Assembly: GCA_051961995.1 (NCBI GenBank)
Contig: JBQCCR010000040.1
Coordinates: 14,850 to 78,849 of the forward strand
DNA: 64,000 nt
DNA from: Rhodanobacteraceae bacterium
GTDB lineage: Bacteria > Pseudomonadota > Gammaproteobacteria > Xanthomonadales > Rhodanobacteraceae
Reading direction: 5' to 3'
Shown here: positions 36,428 to 44,711 of the stretch, piece after piece
How the letters are laid out: the number at the start of each line of letters is the position of its first letter
Numbering within the stretch: position 1 is the stretch's first letter
Position numbers and translations under genes: made by a program
Notes under the pieces: model-generated
What the model saw: the letters and a program-made list of their open reading frames with translations, nothing else
Databases searched by the model: none
Told to the model about the DNA's origin: nothing

Positions 36428-36964
36428 ATGAATGCCCGCTCCCGCTTGCTTGCGCTCGCCGTGGCTTCGCTGTTCGCAACGGCAGCTGTAGCGCAGTACG
36501 CGCCACCCCCGCCGCCCCCGCCCCCTCCGGAGGCGCAAGGCGCGATTCCGCCACCTCCCCCACCTCCGCCCATGGCGCCCGCCGCACCCGTCGAGCAGCA
36601 GTCGCTGCCTGCGCCGCCGCCTCCCCCGCCTCCGCCTCCGGCCGAACCGGTTCAGCCCGCGATACCTCCGATGCCGGCAACGGATCAGACCATGTCCGCC
36701 CCCGCGGCCACGGGCGGCTTGACCGAGGAGCGTTCGGTGCAGTTCCAGGATGCCCAGGGCGTCAACGTCACCGTGAACTACGGTATGCCCCAGCCCGACA
36801 ACTTCGGCCCCAAGCCGCCGTTCTCGCAGCTGGATTCGAATCATGACGGCCGGATCAGCCAGACCGAGGCGCAGGCCTATCTGCCGCTGTACAACGACTG
36901 GCTGCATGTCGCGCCTCACGCGAGCAGCATCAGCCAGGCGCAATACGACGGCTGGAACGATTGA
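36428..36964 (+). CDS. Secreted proline-rich protein with a C-terminal EF-hand-like loop
   Basis: Signal peptide MNARSRLLALAVASLFATAAVA. Pro runs of 9, 8 and 9 residues. DSNHDGRISQTE fits the DxNxDGxIxxxE calcium loop. Confidence 0.7.
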   Translation: MNARSRLLALAVASLFATAAVAQYAPPPPPPPPPEAQGAIPPPPPPPPMAPAAPVEQQSLPAPPPPPPPPPAEPVQPAIPPMPATDQTMSAPAATGGLTEERSVQFQDAQGVNVTVNYGMPQPDNFGPKPPFSQLDSNHDGRISQTEAQAYLPLYNDWLHVAPHASSISQAQYDGWND

Positions 36965-36979
36965 GGGATCGTGTGAAAC

Positions 36980-37003
36980 AAAAAGGGCCGCAAGGCCCTT
37001 TTT
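36980..37003. terminator. Bidirectional rho-independent terminator
   Basis: AAAAAGGGCC-GCAA-GGCCCTTTTT, then GTTTT. Sits between convergent stops at 36964 (+) and 37013 (-). Confidence 0.85.
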
Positions 37004-37012
37004 GTTTTCAGC

Positions 37013-37321
37013 TCACTCGCGCTCGACCCGTCGTCGCTGGCTTTCCTCGACACCGACCAGCGCCGCGAGCACGCCGCTCAGGGCGAGGGCAAGCAAGCCG
37101 TAGCCGACCAGGCCGATCACCGAGGTCGCGGCCATCATCGCGTACGGCCCTGTTGCCGCCGCGCTGCCCCCGGCGTGCAACCACAATGCGGTGATACCCC
37201 AGGCAATGCCACCGGCGATCAGCAGCATGCCGATCCAGGCGATCACCCGCGCCGTGACCAGCACCAGACGCAAATGGCGGGTCTGCAGCGAGCCGTAAGG
37301 GAGCCAGCGATTCAGGGCCAT
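37013..37321 (-). CDS. Small hypothetical membrane protein (3 TM)
   Basis: ATG 37321 (MALNRWLPYGSLQ...), 102 aa. Starts 19 nt after the M14 gene stop. No family recognised. Confidence 0.5.
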   Translation of the reverse strand: MALNRWLPYGSLQTRHLRLVLVTARVIAWIGMLLIAGGIAWGITALWLHAGGSAAATGPYAMMAATSVIGLVGYGLLALALSGVLAALVGVEESQRRRVERE

Positions 37322-37340
37322 GCGTCGTGTCCTCACGCGA

Positions 37341-40094
37341 TCAATGCAGCCGATCGTAACTGACCACCGCATTCAGCAACAACGCATAGGAGCCGATCGT
37401 CTCGCCGCGCCACAGCGGGTTGTTGGCGAACAGCAACACGTTGCCCTGGCCGTAATGCGCATTGACCACCGCCGCGCGCTGCGCGATCGCGCCCCCATTT
37501 TCGAGCAGGCCCGAAATCAGCAGTTGATTCGCATCCGCCCAGCGCACGATCACGTCCGGCCGTTGATCCGCCGGGATCAGGAACACATTGTTGCGCTGCT
37601 GCTCGGCGTTCAAGGGCAGCGCCTCCCAAGGCTTCACGTCCGGCAATGCCGGCGGCGCCTGGTACGGGCGACCCTCCGGAATGTCCGGTTCATCCGGACC
37701 GCCGCGGCCGGTCGGCTTCCGGTAATCCTGCGCGGCCGGAATGCCACGATTGCCGATGGTCTGGTTGCTGACGTCGAAGGCCAGCCCGCTGGAGCTGTAG
37801 AGCGCGAAGCTGTCCCCGTAACCTTTGACGACCGGCGAATCCTTGTCCACCAGATCCGCACGCAACACGCTGCCGACCACCCGCGTGCCCTTCTCCGGCG
37901 CGACCGATACGCCCGGTGCAAGCCCGGTATCGATTGCGAACTTCGCGGTGTCTTCCGAAGTCACCAGCAACCCGCCCTGCGCAACGAAACGCTTGAGATT
38001 GGCGAGACCCGTTTCGCCCAAGCCGGGACGGATGTCATCGGTGGAATCGATCACGCCGAGGTTGGGTGTGAGCGCGGTCGTTTTCCACGGCATCGGGTTG
38101 CCGTACATCGGCAAGCCGTCGAGGATCAGCTTGGTCGAGGAATAACCGACCGGGCCGAACAGGATCACGTCGTACTTGCCGCGCAGGTTCGATTCGCGCG
38201 CGACATCCTGCGTGCTGATGTAGCTGTACGGCACATGCAGTTTGTCCAGCGCCATCCGCCACCAGCCTTCGGTCTGCGTGTTGAGCCAGGTGTGCATCAG
38301 CGCGATGCGCGGCAGCTTGCCGTGAACGCCCAGTGAGGCCAGATCGAACGCGGGCGAGGACAGGTCCGTGACCGGTTGGACCGGCACCTTCAGGACCGAA
38401 GCGTCGGCAACGCGCGCGACGTCCACGCCGAACAAGTCGCCGAACGACCAGCCGGTGTCGTCGTAGGGATGTTTCTGCGGATCATCCGGCGCCCAGTACT
38501 GGCGATCCAGCAAGGTGTCCGCGATGCGCGAATAAGGCTGGTCCATGCGCACGATGTAGCTGCCCGCGGGGAAAGTGCGTGTTTGCGTTTCCTCGTGTGG
38601 CGGTTCGACCGGCTGTGCATGGTTGCCGGCAGGTGACGCAGATTTCGCATCGGCATCGCGCTCGGCGACCTGCACCGTGAATGGCGCGCCCGCCTTGCTG
38701 ATTTCCACGTGCTGCTTCCGGAGTACACGCAGCAGTTGCGCCTGCGCGCCCTGGTGCTGTTCGTCCGCGGTGAACACGTAAGCCGCAGGCCCGGCGAGCT
38801 GCGGCTTCTCGACCGAGCGCTTGGACTTCAACCAGAAATTGTTGAGGAACTTCTGGCCGTTCTGGGAGAAGTAATACAGGGCGGTCAGCAACCCGCTCTG
38901 CTCGTAGTTGTTGTTGTCGCGCTGCGACCACATCACTTTCGGCAGCGGCGGATTGGGCTTGTACCACGTGCGCGCGTAGTCGGAAGGATCGAGGATGCGC
39001 TCCTCGGTGTCCGCGCCATCGTTGCCGAAGGTTTCGTAGAGGCGGCTGATGCCGTTGTGCATTGCCGCGATGAACATGAGATACCCGGGACTCCAGGTGT
39101 CGAAGTCGCCGTGGGTGAACACGCCCGGCATGCCGAACTTGGTCAGTTGTTCGACGTTGTTCCATCCGATCTGCTGCCATTCACCGGTGAGGATCGGATC
39201 AATCCACGCGTTGTATGGGCCGTCGCCGACCGTGTTGTCGTACAGGAACGGCACCGATTCGTGCAGGTCGTGCAGCACCTGCGCGTGCCAGCCGACGTAG
39301 GTGTCCAGCACATTTTTGGTGAGATCGAGCGTCACGCCCATCGCGTCGCGGTTGTTGTCGTGCGCGACGTAATGGCCCCAATACATCAGCGGCGGATATT
39401 GCTCGTTCAAATGCGCGCGATGCCACTTGTACAGGTCCACCATGCGGTCGCGACCGTCCACTTCCACCACCGGCGTGATCAGCGTGATCACGTGCTTGCG
39501 GATGTACTGGATGTACGGCGCATCATCCACGGTGAGCCGGTAGGCCAGCTCCATCAGCGCGGTCGGCGCGCCGGTCTCGGTGGAATGGATGGTGCCGGTG
39601 ATGTAGTAGACCGGTGTGGTCCGCTTGATCAGCGCTGCGGCTTTCGCATCATCCATGTCCAGCGTGCGCGGATCAGCGAGTTGCGCCAGCCGCGCCTTGT
39701 CGGCGTCCAGATCCTTCATCAGCGATTCGTCGGCGATCGCCACTGCGATCATCTCGCGGCCTTCCTCGGTCCTGCCGATGGTGAACACCTTCACCCGCGG
39801 CGACGCGGCCGAGAGCATGCGGAAATAGCGATACACGTCTTCCGCGTACGGGAGCATGTCGGGCGCGCCGGCGATATCGCCCAGCACCTTCTCCGGCGTC
39901 GGCGCCGTGGAAGAAGCCGGCAGATAGTCGGTCAGCGGCGAGTTGAACGACGGGTCGGTGGTGTACTTGGCGATCCTGGCGGTATAGGCCTGATCCACCG
40001 GCTGCTGCGGGTCGCGCGCGTAGGTGTCTGTCTGCGCCTGAGCCGCTCCGCACGCGGCCAGCAGTGCCGCCGCGATGATCAGCCGTGCCTGCAT
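37341..40094 (-). CDS. Large secreted M14-family zinc carboxypeptidase-like protein with C-terminal GATase1/ThuA-like region
   Basis: ATG 40094 (MQARLIIAAALLAACGAAQA signal), 917 aa. The zinc motif HSTETG (HxxE) lies in ITGTIHSTETGAPTALMELAYRL. Confidence 0.75.
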   Translation of the reverse strand: MQARLIIAAALLAACGAAQAQTDTYARDPQQPVDQAYTARIAKYTTDPSFNSPLTDYLPASSTAPTPEKVLGDIAGAPDMLPYAEDVYRYFRMLSAASPRVKVFTIGRTEEGREMIAVAIADESLMKDLDADKARLAQLADPRTLDMDDAKAAALIKRTTPVYYITGTIHSTETGAPTALMELAYRLTVDDAPYIQYIRKHVITLITPVVEVDGRDRMVDLYKWHRAHLNEQYPPLMYWGHYVAHDNNRDAMGVTLDLTKNVLDTYVGWHAQVLHDLHESVPFLYDNTVGDGPYNAWIDPILTGEWQQIGWNNVEQLTKFGMPGVFTHGDFDTWSPGYLMFIAAMHNGISRLYETFGNDGADTEERILDPSDYARTWYKPNPPLPKVMWSQRDNNNYEQSGLLTALYYFSQNGQKFLNNFWLKSKRSVEKPQLAGPAAYVFTADEQHQGAQAQLLRVLRKQHVEISKAGAPFTVQVAERDADAKSASPAGNHAQPVEPPHEETQTRTFPAGSYIVRMDQPYSRIADTLLDRQYWAPDDPQKHPYDDTGWSFGDLFGVDVARVADASVLKVPVQPVTDLSSPAFDLASLGVHGKLPRIALMHTWLNTQTEGWWRMALDKLHVPYSYISTQDVARESNLRGKYDVILFGPVGYSSTKLILDGLPMYGNPMPWKTTALTPNLGVIDSTDDIRPGLGETGLANLKRFVAQGGLLVTSEDTAKFAIDTGLAPGVSVAPEKGTRVVGSVLRADLVDKDSPVVKGYGDSFALYSSSGLAFDVSNQTIGNRGIPAAQDYRKPTGRGGPDEPDIPEGRPYQAPPALPDVKPWEALPLNAEQQRNNVFLIPADQRPDVIVRWADANQLLISGLLENGGAIAQRAAVVNAHYGQGNVLLFANNPLWRGETIGSYALLLNAVVSYDRLH

Positions 40095-40197
40095 GATGTG
40101 TTCCCCGAGGGTTGATCGCGCGAGCGTAGCCGAAAAGCCGCTCAATGCGGGGGTGCCGGAATGCCTAGAGAATTTTCCGCACGCCGGACGCGCGGCA

Positions 40198-40641
40198 TCA
40201 AGGCATCGTCCAGGCGCGCCGGCTCTCCCCATATCGCAACCACAACTCCGCTTCGCGCTCACTGCCGAACACCCGCAAGGTGAAGCCTGCTTCGCGGAAC
40301 GCCAGTTCGCCATGCTCGACCATGCGCAGGTGGCAGCTGACCGGTTCATGGAACGCAACACGCACGTGCTCCAGGCCGCTGCCGCGCAGTGCCGCGGCGA
40401 GCTGCGTGAAATCCTGCGGTGAGGCCGGTTCGCCTTGCAGATCGTCGCATACCAGCAGCAAGGTGACACTGCGGCGCGCGCATTCGGCGGCGATCTCGCG
40501 CCAGTATGCCAGCGTGATCCCGGGCGAGTCCTGGCTGCCCTTCACCGCGGCAAACAGGTAATCGCCACGATCGGTGAAGTGCAGCTCGTAGGGCGCGGCC
40601 GCCCGTTCCGGACTCATCGTGCCGCTCTCGGCAGTGTCCAT
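40198..40641 (-). CDS. Uncharacterised small protein, paralog X2 (STAS/SpoIIAA-like by pattern only)
   Basis: 147 aa, paralogous to 40666-41082 (shared FTDRGDYL, LAYW..IAAEC, GFT.RVF.SE..AELWLRYGES). Confidence 0.6.
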   Translation of the reverse strand: MDTAESGTMSPERAAAPYELHFTDRGDYLFAAVKGSQDSPGITLAYWREIAAECARRSVTLLLVCDDLQGEPASPQDFTQLAAALRGSGLEHVRVAFHEPVSCHLRMVEHGELAFREAGFTLRVFGSEREAELWLRYGESRRAWTMP

Positions 40642-40665
40642 GGTGCGCGTACCGGCCCGGCCAAA

Positions 40666-41082
40666 TCAGGACTCTCCATAGCGCAACCAGAGTTCGGCCT
40701 GCTGTTCGCTGGCGAACACCCGCACCGTGAAGCCCATCTCGCGCGCGGTCAGCTCGCCATATTCAGCCTGCGACACCACCGCGCTGTTCAACTCGCAATA
40801 GGCTACGCGCACCCGGCGCATGTAACTGTCCCGCATCGCCGCGATCACCTGATCCATTTCCGATGGCTGCAGCGGCTCATTCTCGAAGAGATCAAGCACC
40901 AGCAGCGCACGCGTGCCTCGCTGCTCGCACTCCGCGGCGATGGCGTTCCAGTACGCGAGGCTGACTTCGAGCGAGTCGCCGGGCCCGGAGAGTTCGGCGC
41001 GCAGGTAATCGCCGCGATCGCTGAAACGCAGGTCGTAGGGCGGCGGGGACTGCGGCGGCATCTCTTCGGGCGGCGGGCTCAT
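40666..41082 (-). CDS. Uncharacterised small protein, paralog X1
   Basis: 138 aa. Pro-rich N-terminus, then the same conserved blocks as X2. Starts 48 nt downstream of egtD. Confidence 0.6.
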   Translation of the reverse strand: MSPPPEEMPPQSPPPYDLRFSDRGDYLRAELSGPGDSLEVSLAYWNAIAAECEQRGTRALLVLDLFENEPLQPSEMDQVIAAMRDSYMRRVRVAYCELNSAVVSQAEYGELTAREMGFTVRVFASEQQAELWLRYGES

Positions 41083-41130
41083 CGCGGCGCATTGTACGCA
41101 TGCGTATGGTTTTGCCTAGAGCCCGATGTC

Positions 41131-42114
41131 TCAATTCAGCGCGTCGTCCTCGAGCCACTGCAAACTGAAGCGGGACTGCGGATCGGTCCACATCCCGCGG
41201 ACCCGCAGCCCGGCCCGCACCGCCAGCCGGGCGAAGTCCAACGGCGAATATTTGCAACTGTATTCGACCAGCATGGGTTCGTTCGCATCGAACCGGAAGG
41301 TTTCGCCACCGATCCGCACCCATTGTCTGCGCACGCTGAGCACGTGCGTTTCGATGCGCCCGGCCAGCGCATTCCAGTGCGCGCGATGCCGGAACGCAGC
41401 GAGGTCGAAATCTGCGCCCAATTCGCGGTTGCAGCGCGCCAGCAGGTTCAAGGTGAACTCGGCGGTCACGCCGGCGGCATCGTTGTAGGCCGCCTCGAGC
41501 GCGACGGGATCTTTCTTCAGGTCCACGCCGATCAGCGCCGCTCCGTCCCGGCCGATCTGCGCGCGCATCTGCCGCAGCAACTTCACGGCATCCTCGGTTT
41601 CGAAATTGCCAATGGTGGAACCGGGAAAGAAGGCGACGGTGCGGCGGGCAGTGCGCTGCGGACGTGGCAGCGCAAGCGGGCCGGTGAAGTCCGCGCACAC
41701 CGGAAGCAATTCGATGTTCGGAAATTCCTCAGCCAGCGCACCGATGCTCTCCAGCAGCGCCTCGCGCGCGATTTCCACCGGCATGTAAGCGGCGGGTTCA
41801 TCCATGTGCTTCAGCAGCAGACGCGTCTTCAGCCCGCTGCCGCTGCCGTATTCCATCAGCAGCGCATCCGGACCGATCGCATCCGCGATCTCGCCGATGT
41901 GATCACGCAGGATCGCCAGCTCCACGCGGGTGAGGTAATACTCCGGCTGTTCGCAGATCAGCTCGAACAGCTCCGAGCCACGCGCGTCGTAGAAGTATTT
42001 TGACGGCAGCCGTTTGTGCGGCTGTCGCAAGCCGTGCAGCACATCCTCGCGCATGCGGTTGCGCACCGGCTGGTCGTGGTGCAGGCGGATTGCGCGTTGC
42101 AGACTGGCGCTCAT
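41131..42114 (-). CDS. egtD: L-histidine N-alpha-methyltransferase (ergothioneine biosynthesis)
   Basis: ATG 42114 (MSASLQRAIRL...). LPSKYFYDARGSELFELICEQPEYYLTRVE and EYGSGSGLKT are EgtD-type. 4-nt overlap with egtB. Confidence 0.85.
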   Translation of the reverse strand: MSASLQRAIRLHHDQPVRNRMREDVLHGLRQPHKRLPSKYFYDARGSELFELICEQPEYYLTRVELAILRDHIGEIADAIGPDALLMEYGSGSGLKTRLLLKHMDEPAAYMPVEIAREALLESIGALAEEFPNIELLPVCADFTGPLALPRPQRTARRTVAFFPGSTIGNFETEDAVKLLRQMRAQIGRDGAALIGVDLKKDPVALEAAYNDAAGVTAEFTLNLLARCNRELGADFDLAAFRHRAHWNALAGRIETHVLSVRRQWVRIGGETFRFDANEPMLVEYSCKYSPLDFARLAVRAGLRVRGMWTDPQSRFSLQWLEDDALN

Positions 42115-43385
42115 GCGTCCTTGCCCAGACGGATCCCGGAGAATTGCCAGCGCGCCGACGGATGGAAGAAGTTGCGATAGCTCGCACGCACGTGGCCTTG
42201 CGGCGTCGCGCACGAGCCCCCGCGCAGCACCCACTGCCCGCACATGAACTTGCCGTTGTATTCGCCAACGGCGCCGGGCACAGGCCGGAATCCCGGATAA
42301 GCAACGTATGGGCTGGACGTCCATTCCCAGACGTCACCGAACAGCTGCAGCGGTCCGCCGTGACCAGGTCGCGCGGGCAGCGGATGCAGCACGCCGCCAT
42401 CGGCGAAGTTGCCTTCGACCGGCCGATCCTGTGCCACGCTTTCCCATTCGCTCTCCAGCGGCAGCCGCGCGCCGGCCCAGCGCGCGAACGCGTCGGCTTC
42501 GTAGAAGCTGACGTGACACACCGGGGCATTGGCAGCCATCGCCTGCGGACCGGCCAGCGTGAATTCCGACTGCAGATCCTCGCCCCAGTACAGCGGCCGT
42601 CCCCAGCCCTCGCGCTGCACCATGTCCCAACCTTCGGACAGCCACAGCATCGGATTGCGATAACCGCCTTCTTCGATGAAGGCGCGAAACTCGGCATTGG
42701 TGATCAGGCGATTCGCAACCGAATGCGCGTGCAGCAGCACGCGATGCTGCGGCGATTCATTGTCGAAGGCAAAACCCTCGCCCGGATGGCCGATCTGCGC
42801 GATGCCTTCGCACCGGCGCAGGAATTCCAGCGGCACGGATTCGGAGGCGCGCGGCGCAGCCGCGTGCTCGCGGAACACCGGTTGCAGCGGATTGAGCGAG
42901 AACAGGTACTTGATGTCGGTCAACAGCAATTCCTGGTGCTGCTGCTCGTGGTTGAGGCCGAGTTCCAGCAGCGCCGCACGTTCCGTGTCGCCGTCATCCC
43001 GTTCGAGCAATCCAGCCATTCGCTCGTCAATGCGCGCGCGATAATCGAGCACTTCCGCAAGCGTGGGCCGCGACAACAAGCCCCGTTGCGCGCGCGCGTG
43101 CATCGGGCCGACCGACTGGTAATAGGAATTGAACAGGTATTGCCATTGCGGATGCAGCGGCACGTAACCGGATTGCCGCGAGAGCAGAAACCGTTCAAAG
43201 AACCACGTGGTGTGCGCAAGGTGCCACTTGACCGGACTGGCATCCGGCATGGACTGCACCACCGTGTCCTCGGGTGCGAGCGTCCCGCACCAGGCGAGGG
43301 TGGCTTCACGCACGCGTCGGTAGCGCCCGGCCGCTGAAGCCGATTCCATCAAACGTGCGCCAATGGCGGATCGCGATGCATTCAT
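42111..43385 (-). CDS. egtB: Ergothioneine biosynthesis sulfoxide synthase (DinB_2 + FGE-sulfatase fold)
   Basis: KWHLAHTTWFFERF (DinB-like iron site). C-terminal GDVWEWTSSPYVAYPGF and RGGSCATP (FGE-like). Start ATG 43385 proposed. Confidence 0.85.
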   Translation of the reverse strand: MNASRSAIGARLMESASAAGRYRRVREATLAWCGTLAPEDTVVQSMPDASPVKWHLAHTTWFFERFLLSRQSGYVPLHPQWQYLFNSYYQSVGPMHARAQRGLLSRPTLAEVLDYRARIDERMAGLLERDDGDTERAALLELGLNHEQQHQELLLTDIKYLFSLNPLQPVFREHAAAPRASESVPLEFLRRCEGIAQIGHPGEGFAFDNESPQHRVLLHAHSVANRLITNAEFRAFIEEGGYRNPMLWLSEGWDMVQREGWGRPLYWGEDLQSEFTLAGPQAMAANAPVCHVSFYEADAFARWAGARLPLESEWESVAQDRPVEGNFADGGVLHPLPARPGHGGPLQLFGDVWEWTSSPYVAYPGFRPVPGAVGEYNGKFMCGQWVLRGGSCATPQGHVRASYRNFFHPSARWQFSGIRLGKDA

Positions 43386-43591
43386 CGGCTGTCCTCGCCC
43401 ATGTGCGCCGTCCTTGGCGCTTCGCGTCTTCCCTGGCCACGGCTCATGCGCATCCTGCGCAGGGGAGCGGCGATCCTTGCCAGCCGGGCGTATTCGAACA
43501 GAGCGCGCGTTCACTCGGTGTGAGGAATGCGCCGTGTGGTTTCAAGCAGGCCGGAGCTCGACCATACTGCGCATAAAACCCGGAAACAACC

Positions 43592-44659
43592 ATGACCGGA
43601 TCCGATACCGATCTCGCCACCCAACCACTGCAACACGCGCACGCCCTGCCCGCGCGCTTCTACGTGGGTGCGCACAGCCACAAACTCGATCGCCGCGCAG
43701 TGTTCGCACGCAGTTGGCAGTTGCTGGCGCGGGCGTCGCAGTTGGCGCACACAGGCGATCACGTCGTCGGCGAGATCGCCGGGGTGCCTCTTCTGATTGC
43801 GCGCGGAGACGATGGCGAATTGCGCGCGCTGCACAATGTCTGCCGGCACCGCGCGGGGCCGTTGGCGTTGTGCGATGGGCGGGGCGCAAAGCGATTGCGC
43901 TGCCATTACCACGGCTGGACCTATGCGCTCGACGGACAACTGTTGAGCGCGCCGGAAATGCAGACGACGCCGGATTTCAACACCGCGTCTGTCCGCCTGC
44001 CGCAGGCACGCGTGGCGAGCTGGCGCGGACTGGTGTTCGCGTCACTCGATGAGCACGCACCGCCGCTCGACGAACTGCTGGACGGCATGGATGCGCGCCT
44101 CGGCGATCACGCAATCGAGAACCATGCATTCCACGCACGCGAAAGCTATGACATCGCCTGCAACTGGAAAACCTACATTGACAATTATCTGGAGGGCTAC
44201 CACGTCCCGCACATCCATCCGGAATTGAACCGGATGCTGGATTACCGCAGCTACGTGGTGGAGACCGCGCGCTGGCATTCGCTGCAGCACAGTCCGCTGG
44301 AAAGCGGCGACACCTTGTACGGCAGCGGCGAGGCGCTGTACTGGTTCGTGTGGCCCAACACGATGTTGAACGTGATGCCCGGCCGCATGCAGACCAATCG
44401 CGTGCTGCCGGTCGGGCCGGAGCACTGTCGCGTGGTGTTCGATTACTACTACCCGGCGGCTGCGGAAAACGCAGCTGCCCGGTATCTGCACGATCGCGCC
44501 TTCAGCGACCTGGTTCAGCGCGAGGACGTGGAAATGTGCGAGCACGTGCAACGCGGGCTCCGATCGGGTTCCTACATCGCGGGCCGACTGAATCCGCTGC
44601 GCGAGAACGGCGTGCACCATTTCCACGAGTTGTTGCGTGCCGCCTATCGCGACGCATGA
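43592..44659 (+). CDS. Rieske [2Fe-2S] non-haem iron oxygenase alpha subunit, choline-monooxygenase-like
   Basis: CRHRAGPL...CHYHGWTY Rieske motif. NWKTYIDNYLEGYHVPHIHP catalytic-domain motif as in CMO-like enzymes. 355 aa. Confidence 0.85.
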   Translation: MTGSDTDLATQPLQHAHALPARFYVGAHSHKLDRRAVFARSWQLLARASQLAHTGDHVVGEIAGVPLLIARGDDGELRALHNVCRHRAGPLALCDGRGAKRLRCHYHGWTYALDGQLLSAPEMQTTPDFNTASVRLPQARVASWRGLVFASLDEHAPPLDELLDGMDARLGDHAIENHAFHARESYDIACNWKTYIDNYLEGYHVPHIHPELNRMLDYRSYVVETARWHSLQHSPLESGDTLYGSGEALYWFVWPNTMLNVMPGRMQTNRVLPVGPEHCRVVFDYYYPAAAENAAARYLHDRAFSDLVQREDVEMCEHVQRGLRSGSYIAGRLNPLRENGVHHFHELLRAAYRDA

Positions 44660-44685
44660 AAAAAGCCCGGCGTGAGCCGGGCTTT
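44660..44685. terminator. Bidirectional rho-independent terminator
   Basis: AAAGCCCGGC-GTGA-GCCGGGCTTT, flanked by an A-run and T-run. Sits between convergent stops 44659 (+) and 44712 (-). Confidence 0.8.
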
Positions 44686-44711
44686 CCCTGCATCAGTCCT
44701 GCAGGCGTCGA

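Noticed and set aside
40095-40469. N-terminal extensions of listed ORFs: M14 peptidase, and likewise lolD 12546-12659, lolC 13974-14165, sdhC 18986-19264, sdhD 18573-18806, csp 36105-36224, egtD 42115-42324.
   Set aside because: Homolog-like N-termini or signal peptides begin at internal ATG or GTG codons. The extensions are Arg/Cys-rich and overlap upstream genes or intergenic repeats.
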